Shown here: positions 57,625 through 64,000 of the stretch, piece after piece
Layout of the letters: every line of letters starts with the position of its first letter
Numbering within the stretch: position 1 is the stretch's first letter
Source: Candidatus Latescibacterota bacterium
GTDB taxonomy: Bacteria > Latescibacterota > UBA2968 > UBA8231
Assembly: GCA_965197905.1 (NCBI GenBank)
Contig: CBDAOB010000005.1
Location: 64,001 to 128,000, forward strand
Direction of reading: 5' to 3'
Length of the DNA: 64,000 nt
The notes under the pieces: model-generated
Databases searched by the model: none
What the model saw: the letters and a program-made list of their open reading frames with translations, nothing else
What the model was told of the DNA's origin: nothing
Translations under genes and position numbers: made by a program

Positions 57625-59526
57625 GTGTCTGGTAAGTACGAGAAACTATATACAAGGTCGCTCGACGACCCCGAAGGTTACTGGGCTGACGCCGCCGAAG
57701 AGGTCCACTGGTACAAGAAGTGGGACACTGTTTTCGATGACTCACGCTCGCCCTTCTATCAGTGGTTCAAGGGCGGCATGGTCAACAGCTGTTACAACGC
57801 GCTCGATCTGCATGTGGCCAACGGGCGAGCTGATCAACTGGCACTGGTCTACGACAGTCCTGTCACCGACACGATCAAGGCGTTCACCTTTCGTGAGTTA
57901 TTGGATCAAGTCGCCCACTTTGCCGGGGTGCTGGCCAGCCAGGGGGCGCAGAAAGGCGACCGGGTGCTCATCTATATGCCCATGGTGCCCGAGGCGGTCA
58001 TTGCCATGCTGGCCTGCGCCCGGATCGGAGCGGTCCACTCGGTAGTCTTCGGAGGATTCGCCGCAAACGAGCTGGCTACCCGCATCGATGATGCCAAACC
58101 GAAACTGATCGTTTCCGCCTCGTGTGGTATCGAGGTGGAGCGGGTGATACCTTACAAACCGCTACTCGATCAGGCGATCGAGATGGCCGCGGCAAAACCT
58201 AAGCGGACTATCATTCTCCAGCGTCCCCAGTCAGAGGCGTCCATGATTGCTGGGCGAGATCTGGATTGGTCTGAGCTGATGGCGGGTGCGAAACCGGTCG
58301 ATTGCGTGCCGGTTGCGGCAACCGATCCCCTATACATCCTTTATACTTCCGGTACAACGGGCATCCCCAAAGGGGTCGTGCGCGACAACGGGGGTCATCT
58401 GGTCGCGCTGAAATGGAGTATGGAAAATATCTACGGCGTTGTTGCCGGCGAGGTTTATTGGGCCGCATCGGACGTGGGTTGGGTCGTCGGTCACTCGTAT
58501 ATCGTTTATGCGCCTCTGTTCAAGGGCTGCACCAGCATTCTGTACGAAGGCAAACCTGTAGGCACACCCGACCCCGGCGCGTTCTGGCGGGTCATCGCCG
58601 AGCATGGGGTAAACGTCATGTTCACCGCGCCGACGGCCTTCCGAGCCATCAAACGCGAAGATCCCGACGGTGATTTTATCCGCAAGTACGATCTGAGCAC
58701 CTTCCGCACCCTCTTCCTCGCCGGTGAGCGATGCGATCCAGATACCCTCCTTTGGGCGAGGAGACTCCTGAACCTCCCGGTGATCGACCACTGGTGGCAG
58801 ACTGAGACCGGCTGGCCGATTGGGGCCAACTGTATCGGTCTGGGGAGTTTTCAGGTCAAGCCAGGCTCCTGTACGAAACCTGTCCCCGGTTTTGACGTGC
58901 GCGTGTTGGATGAGTCCGCCAAGGAACTGGCGGCCGATCAAATAGGCAGTATTGCCATCAAGCTGCCTTTGCCGCCCGGCTGCTTGCCGACCCTGTGGAA
59001 CAATGATGTCGGTTACCAGGAAGCTTACTTGAATGCCTTTCCCGGGTTCTATACGACAGCGGATGCCGGCTACAAGGATGAGGATGGTTACCTGTGGATC
59101 ATGAGCCGGACTGACGACATCATCAATGTGGCCGGGCATCGGTTATCAACCGGGGCGATGGAGGAAGTGCTCGCCTCCCATCCAGACGTTGCAGAATGCG
59201 CTGTCCTGGGTGTAGCGGACGAGATAAAGGGTGAGGTTCCGCTCGGAACGATCGTACTCAAGGCGGGCGTGGAGCGCGCCCACGGCGAGATTGTTCAGGA
59301 GCTGATTCAGATGGTGCGGGAGAAGATTGGTCCCGTCGCTTCCTTCAAGGTGGCGGCCGTCGTGAAGCGGCTACCCAAAACGCGATCGGGCAAGACCTTG
59401 CGCGGGACCGTGAAGAAGATCGCCGATGGGGTAGCTTACCGCATGCCGGCGACGATCGATGATCCGGCTATCCTGGACGAGATCGCCGAAGCCATTGCTT
59501 TGTTGGGTTACCCGAAACGACAGTGA
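57625..59526 (+). CDS. prpE: Propionyl-CoA synthetase (acetate/propionate-CoA ligase)
   Basis: YTSGTTGIPKG, DHWWQTETGW, RTDDIINVAGHRLS, LPKTRSGK. Confidence 0.88.
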   Translation: MSGKYEKLYTRSLDDPEGYWADAAEEVHWYKKWDTVFDDSRSPFYQWFKGGMVNSCYNALDLHVANGRADQLALVYDSPVTDTIKAFTFRELLDQVAHFAGVLASQGAQKGDRVLIYMPMVPEAVIAMLACARIGAVHSVVFGGFAANELATRIDDAKPKLIVSASCGIEVERVIPYKPLLDQAIEMAAAKPKRTIILQRPQSEASMIAGRDLDWSELMAGAKPVDCVPVAATDPLYILYTSGTTGIPKGVVRDNGGHLVALKWSMENIYGVVAGEVYWAASDVGWVVGHSYIVYAPLFKGCTSILYEGKPVGTPDPGAFWRVIAEHGVNVMFTAPTAFRAIKREDPDGDFIRKYDLSTFRTLFLAGERCDPDTLLWARRLLNLPVIDHWWQTETGWPIGANCIGLGSFQVKPGSCTKPVPGFDVRVLDESAKELAADQIGSIAIKLPLPPGCLPTLWNNDVGYQEAYLNAFPGFYTTADAGYKDEDGYLWIMSRTDDIINVAGHRLSTGAMEEVLASHPDVAECAVLGVADEIKGEVPLGTIVLKAGVERAHGEIVQELIQMVREKIGPVASFKVAAVVKRLPKTRSGKTLRGTVKKIADGVAYRMPATIDDPAILDEIAEAIALLGYPKRQ

Positions 59527-59604
59527 GCCAGCTCGAATCAATGGTGCGGCCTTGCCTAGCAATTGCGAGGCGCCGCTGGGTTCCCACACTCAGGAATGCT
59601 ACGA

Positions 59605-60156
59605 GTGAAGCCGAAGGTTTCAGTCTTTATCGCAACGAGTCTCGACGGCTTCATAGCCCGCAAGAACGGCGAGCTCGATTGGCTGGATGCCGCCAATGCG
59701 ACCGTCTCCGAGGGTGAGGATTGTGGGTACGGCGCATTCATGCAAACGGTAGATGTGCTGGTGATGGGTCGCAATACCTACGAGAAGGTGTTGTCCTTCG
59801 GAGAATGGCCTTACAGGAAGACCCCTGTGGTCGTGCTGAGCGGCAGCCCCATTACTTTCCCGCCCGAGGTGCCTGAGACCGTTACCTGCTCCTCCGAAGA
59901 CCTGATTGCATTATGTGACCGGCTGTCCCGCGAAGGCGCAAGCCACATTTACGTCGATGGAGGCATTACGATTCAACGGTTTCTCGAGGCGCAGCTCATA
60001 GACGAGCTGACCATCACCCTGATCCCGATAATTCTTGGCGAAGGAACACCGCTTTTTGGCCCGACCCAGGGGGACGTGGCGTTGCAACATCTCGAGACAG
60101 TGGCGTTCGAATTCGGATTCGTCCAGGTGAAGTACTCTGTTGTCAGTGATGCATAA
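59605..60156 (+). CDS. Dihydrofolate reductase family (RibD C-terminal domain) protein
   Basis: FIATSLDGFIA, MGRNTYE, IYVDGG, LIDEL..IPIILGEG.PLF. Confidence 0.9.
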   Translation: MKPKVSVFIATSLDGFIARKNGELDWLDAANATVSEGEDCGYGAFMQTVDVLVMGRNTYEKVLSFGEWPYRKTPVVVLSGSPITFPPEVPETVTCSSEDLIALCDRLSREGASHIYVDGGITIQRFLEAQLIDELTITLIPIILGEGTPLFGPTQGDVALQHLETVAFEFGFVQVKYSVVSDA

Positions 60157-60209
60157 CCAAGCGGACACCAACCCATGACTGCTCGAATAGTTCCTAGCGG
60201 AGGCTTAAT

Positions 60210-61970
60210 ATGACAAACGTGCAAACCGACGAATCAACTCGACAGAACCCGCTCCGGTTGTGGCCTGGCGTGATCGGCGTGTCACTGCTGTGGGTGGTCA
60301 GGTTTGGTGTGCCCATCGTCGTGCCTGAAGCTATCGCCTTCGGAGTGATCGGCGGACTCGTCGGTGGGCTGGCCATCGTGGTTTGGTGGGCGTTCTTCAG
60401 CCGGGCGTCACGGTCCGATCGCTGGGGCGCCGTTGTCCTGATGATAGTTGCACTGGTCGTGACCTCGCAAATCGTCCACGAGTCGATTGCGACGGCGATG
60501 ATGGGGATGATGTTCATCGTCTACGCCATCCCGGTCCTCAGCCTGCCCTTCGTCGTCTGGGCGGTGACCACCCGCAACTTTCCCGACCGGCCTCGGCGCA
60601 CTGCGATGGTCGCTACTATTCTGCTCGCCTGCGGCGGGTGGACGCTCGTCCGGACCGGTGGTTTTACCGGCGAGCTCGATCAGGATTTTGCATGGCGGTG
60701 GACGGACACTCCCGAGGAGCGGCTCCTGGCCGAAGGCGGCGACGAGCCCACGTCGCTCCCACTGGCTTCCGCAGAGGCGGCGACGGGAGCTGATTGGAAC
60801 GGCTTTCGTGGACCCGATCGCGACGGTGTTGTCCCTGGGATACGGATCGCAACTGATTGGTCCGTCTCGCCGCCGGTCGAGCTGTGGCGCCGGAATCTGG
60901 GACCGGGCTGGTCCTCCTTCGCGGTTCGGGGGGACCTCTTCTACACCCAGGAGCAGCGCGGCGACGACGAAGTCGTCGCTTGTTACAGGTTGACCACAGG
61001 TGAGCCGGTTTGGAAACACCGCGATACGGCCCGGTTCTGGGAGGCGAATGCCGGCGCTGGCCCGCGCGGGACCCCGATTCTCAGCGACGGTCGCGTGTAT
61101 ACCCTTGGCGGGACCGGCATCTTGAACGTGCTCGAGGCCGGTGACGGGACCTTAGTGTGGTCGCGCAATGCGGCGTCCGATACAGACGTGAAGGTTCCGC
61201 ACTGGGGTTTTGCCGGCTCGCCACTGGTGGTTGATGACGTCGTGGTCGTCGCCGCTGCCGGCACCCTCGTCGGTTACGACCTTGCGACTGGCGCGCCGCG
61301 CTGGTTCGGACCACCCGGTGGCGATGGCTACAGCTCGCCACATCTACTGACCATCGATGGAATCGCGCAGGTCCTGCTGATGGACGGGGATGGTGCCACC
61401 AGCGTCGCGCCGGCCGACGGTGGGTTACTCTGGGAGCATCCGTGGCCGGGCGGCAGCCGCATCGTGCAGCCGGCCCTCACTGCGAACGGTGACATCTTGA
61501 TCAGCGCAGGCGAGGAAAGCGGCGGCTCAGGACTGCGCCGGATCACCGTGGTGCAGGGAGCCGGCGGATGGACCGTCGATGAACGTTGGACCTCGATGGG
61601 GTTGAAACCCTACTTCAATGACTTCGTGGTTCACAAAGGACATGTCTTTGGGTTCGACCGCAGTATAATGGCATGTGTCGACGTCGAAGACGGCAAACGC
61701 ACATGGAAGGGCGGCCGTTATGGCTTCGGCCAGCTCGTTCTATTGCCCGACCAGGACGTGTTGCTGGTGCTGTCCGAAAGGGGGGAACTGGCGCTCGTGG
61801 CGGCGACCCCCGACCGGTTTACGGAGCTTGCGCGGTTTCCGGCAATCGAGGGCAAGACGTGGAACCACCCGGTGCTCGTCGGGGACATCCTTCTGGTTCG
61901 CAACGGTGAGGAGATGGTCGCGTTCCGGCTGACCTTAGCGGAAGACGGCAAGTATGCGATGCACCGATAA
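60210..61970 (+). CDS. Membrane-anchored PQQ-binding-like beta-propeller protein
   Basis: N-terminal TM helices; DWNGFRGPDRDG, GPRGTP, YSSP, KGGRYGFG, KTWNHP. Confidence 0.88.
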   Translation: MTNVQTDESTRQNPLRLWPGVIGVSLLWVVRFGVPIVVPEAIAFGVIGGLVGGLAIVVWWAFFSRASRSDRWGAVVLMIVALVVTSQIVHESIATAMMGMMFIVYAIPVLSLPFVVWAVTTRNFPDRPRRTAMVATILLACGGWTLVRTGGFTGELDQDFAWRWTDTPEERLLAEGGDEPTSLPLASAEAATGADWNGFRGPDRDGVVPGIRIATDWSVSPPVELWRRNLGPGWSSFAVRGDLFYTQEQRGDDEVVACYRLTTGEPVWKHRDTARFWEANAGAGPRGTPILSDGRVYTLGGTGILNVLEAGDGTLVWSRNAASDTDVKVPHWGFAGSPLVVDDVVVVAAAGTLVGYDLATGAPRWFGPPGGDGYSSPHLLTIDGIAQVLLMDGDGATSVAPADGGLLWEHPWPGGSRIVQPALTANGDILISAGEESGGSGLRRITVVQGAGGWTVDERWTSMGLKPYFNDFVVHKGHVFGFDRSIMACVDVEDGKRTWKGGRYGFGQLVLLPDQDVLLVLSERGELALVAATPDRFTELARFPAIEGKTWNHPVLVGDILLVRNGEEMVAFRLTLAEDGKYAMHR

Positions 61971-62219
61971 GAGAGGCTCTTGGCCGCCTGGCCCGATGCG
62001 AAACGTTTCTATGATGTGAATCTGCGCAAGAAATCCTACACACCTGAGCTCATTGAGAACCTCTTGATGCTTTCTGCGCCGCTCATATATGGGTTGATGA
62101 TGGAATGGGATCTCGATCGAGTGGCCGCGTTCGCCAACCAACTGGGATCATTGGTGGCCTCCAGGCATGGTGGCATACCGCCATGGACCTTAGGGGAACT
62201 CATGGCTCTTGAAACCTAG
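61971..62219 (+). pseudogene. Internally deleted PfkB carbohydrate kinase fragment
   Basis: RFYDVNLR (PfkB D-x-N-x-R) joined to a C-terminal ...FANQLGSLVASRHGGIP; N-terminus and GAGD motif missing. Confidence 0.6.
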
Positions 62220-62228
62220 AATGGTACC

Positions 62229-62894
62229 ATGATCACCACAGTCATATTCGACCTTGACGGTCTCCTCGCGGACACGGAGAAACTCCACCGCAGGGCTTAT
62301 CAGGATGCGTGCGAAGAGTTTGGATACGTGCTTCCCGACCAGCATTACGACGATCATTGGATTCGCGACGGGAAAGGCATCGTTGAATATCTTGCCGTTC
62401 AGCAACTGTCTCTCTGTGCCGACGAGATCCGCGTCAGGAAGGCGAAGAGATATGAACGTTTGGTCCGGTCGAGCGCTGAACCGATGCCCGGCGCGATCTC
62501 CGCCCTCGACCTATTGCGGACGAAATTGAGGATTACCCTGGCAACGTCGTCGTACCGCGATGCAGCATATGCGGTGTTGCAAACCCTCCGAATCGAGGGG
62601 AAGTTTGAACACATCGCGACGAAAGAGAGCGTCGAGCGTTTGAAGCCGTTCCCGGATGTCTTCCTTGGGGTGGCCACCGCTCTGGGAGTTTCACCAGGCG
62701 AATGCGTTGTTGTGGAAGATGCGCAGAAAGGAATTCTTGCGGCCGATTCTGCCGGCATGTCCAGCATCGCGGTTCCAACTGCGCAGACCCGGAACAATGA
62801 CTTCTCGAAGGCAACTGTCGTGCTTCGCTCGCTCGAGGAATTGACCTTCGAGACCATCGCAAAGTGCGCGGGGGAGACGTTTTCATTCAGATAG
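62229..62894 (+). CDS. HAD-family phosphatase
   Basis: IFDLDGLLADTE, ATSS, KPFPD, VVEDA..G. Confidence 0.93.
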   Translation: MITTVIFDLDGLLADTEKLHRRAYQDACEEFGYVLPDQHYDDHWIRDGKGIVEYLAVQQLSLCADEIRVRKAKRYERLVRSSAEPMPGAISALDLLRTKLRITLATSSYRDAAYAVLQTLRIEGKFEHIATKESVERLKPFPDVFLGVATALGVSPGECVVVEDAQKGILAADSAGMSSIAVPTAQTRNNDFSKATVVLRSLEELTFETIAKCAGETFSFR

Positions 62895-62949
62895 GTTAGG
62901 TTCTCGATGGAAAAGCCCAGGAAAATTATAAACCAGGAGGTTCATTCCC

Positions 62950-63318
62950 ATGACCACCAAATCATTTCACAAATCGGCTGATTGGAAGACCGGTCTGCGG
63001 ACCTACTTCGAGTACCGGGATCTAGGTATCGTGGAGGCCACCAAGGGTAAGGTCCTCGCACATGTCATCCGCGCGAGGGAATCTAGCAGCGGTCCAGGAG
63101 GATATCACACCCACGACCTCGAGTTTCAGATGAACTACGTGCTGAATGGTTGGACGCGGGTGGAGTTCGAAGATGATGGGGTGGTCCGCTTCGAAGCGGG
63201 GGACAGCTGGTACCAGGTCCCCAACATCAAACACGAGGTGCTCGAATTCTCCGAAGATTTCGAAGTCATCGAGATTACCATGCCGGCGCAGTTTCCAACG
63301 GCGGACGCACAACGATGA
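62950..63318 (+). CDS. Cupin domain protein
   Basis: GLRTYFEYRDLG, HTHDLEFQMNYVL, QVPNIKHE; RBS AGGAGG. Confidence 0.9.
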   Translation: MTTKSFHKSADWKTGLRTYFEYRDLGIVEATKGKVLAHVIRARESSSGPGGYHTHDLEFQMNYVLNGWTRVEFEDDGVVRFEAGDSWYQVPNIKHEVLEFSEDFEVIEITMPAQFPTADAQR

Positions 63319-63376
63319 GAGTGCGGCCACCTTACGCGAGGGGGTTGCGGCGGTGCCGGTCGGAGAGCGGCAAACA

Positions 63377-64000
63377 ATGAGCCGCTTGAACGGCAAGGTA
63401 GCGGCGATCACCGGTGGAGCATCCGGCATCGGAGAAGCCACAGTGCGGCTTTTCGTGGAGGAGGGTGCCCGCGTGGCTTTCGCCGATCGCGATGGCGATC
63501 GTGGTGCCGCCATCGCCGAAGAAATCAACGGGACCGGCGGAGACGTTTTTTTTGTGCAGGCTCACATGGAACGGGAAGCCGAAGCCATGGCATTCGTTCA
63601 AAGTGCCGTAGATCGCTTCGGTCAGCTCAATATCCTGGTGAACAATGTCGCCATGCGCCTCTATCAGACGGTAGTCGAGGCGAGTGAGGAGAGCTGGGAC
63701 ACGATCCTGGCAGTGAACGTCAAGAGTTACGCCTTCTGTGCCAAAGCGGCCATTCCCTTTCTATGCACTGCGGGCAGCGGCAGCATCGTAAATATAGCTT
63801 CCAACAACTCGATCATTGCCGGGATCAACACGGTTCAGTACGACACCACCAAGTCGGCGGTCGCCGGATTGACCCGGGGAATGGCTCGAGCCCATGCGGG
63901 CGACGGCATCCGCGCCAACGCCGTTTGTCCCGGACCTACCTATACGCCATTTCACCAGCAGCGTGCTGCGGCGGCCGGGAAAAGCGACGAGGCGTTCAAA
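63377..64000 (+). CDS. SDR-family oxidoreductase, 3'-truncated by window edge
   Basis: MSRLNGKVAAITGGASGIG, LVNN, YDTTK (YxxxK), IRANAVCPG; missing from the ORF track because it has no stop in the window. Confidence 0.9.
   Translation, partial: MSRLNGKVAAITGGASGIGEATVRLFVEEGARVAFADRDGDRGAAIAEEINGTGGDVFFVQAHMEREAEAMAFVQSAVDRFGQLNILVNNVAMRLYQTVVEASEESWDTILAVNVKSYAFCAKAAIPFLCTAGSGSIVNIASNNSIIAGINTVQYDTTKSAVAGLTRGMARAHAGDGIRANAVCPGPTYTPFHQQRAAAAGKSDEAFK

Noticed and set aside
53700..59139. Long antisense ORFs (53700-54836, 56286-56894, 58330-59139)
   Set aside because: Fully overlap well-supported plus-strand genes; typical shadow ORFs

Overview
Bacterial window of moderately high GC. Its repertoire (FG-GAP and ASPIC/UnbV proteins, cohesin plus dockerin-like EF-hand C-termini, FlgD-Ig-type 'YPNPFN' C-terminal domains, DUF4838, GH116) resembles Ca. 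Latescibacterota-like genomes; this taxonomy is an inference. 1-14.7 kb: tandem array of three paralogous giant surface proteins. The two complete copies are ~1,890 aa, with an unusual ~90-aa extended leader and two 7-repeat FG-GAP propellers with variable loops. 14.9-16.9 kb: a signal-peptide protein with three Ig-like repeats fused to two phage/eCIS tail-tube-like domains, with no sheath or baseplate genes in the window; this is the most unusual item. 17-38 kb: metabolic and regulatory genes, two frameshifted genes, a small IS200/605-end-like insert, a sugar-catabolism operon and a probable exported selenoprotein (thioredoxin-fold U-P-Y-C plus C-terminal sorting domain). 38-64 kb: a fossil integron. 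It has a frameshifted intI N-terminal remnant on the minus strand, an attI-like core, and 25 kb of exclusively plus-strand genes separated by eroded attC-like sites and truncated gene fragments; one large gene carries an in-frame TAG. All family calls come from motif recognition by eye; no searches were run. No rRNA, tRNA or CRISPR array was seen.
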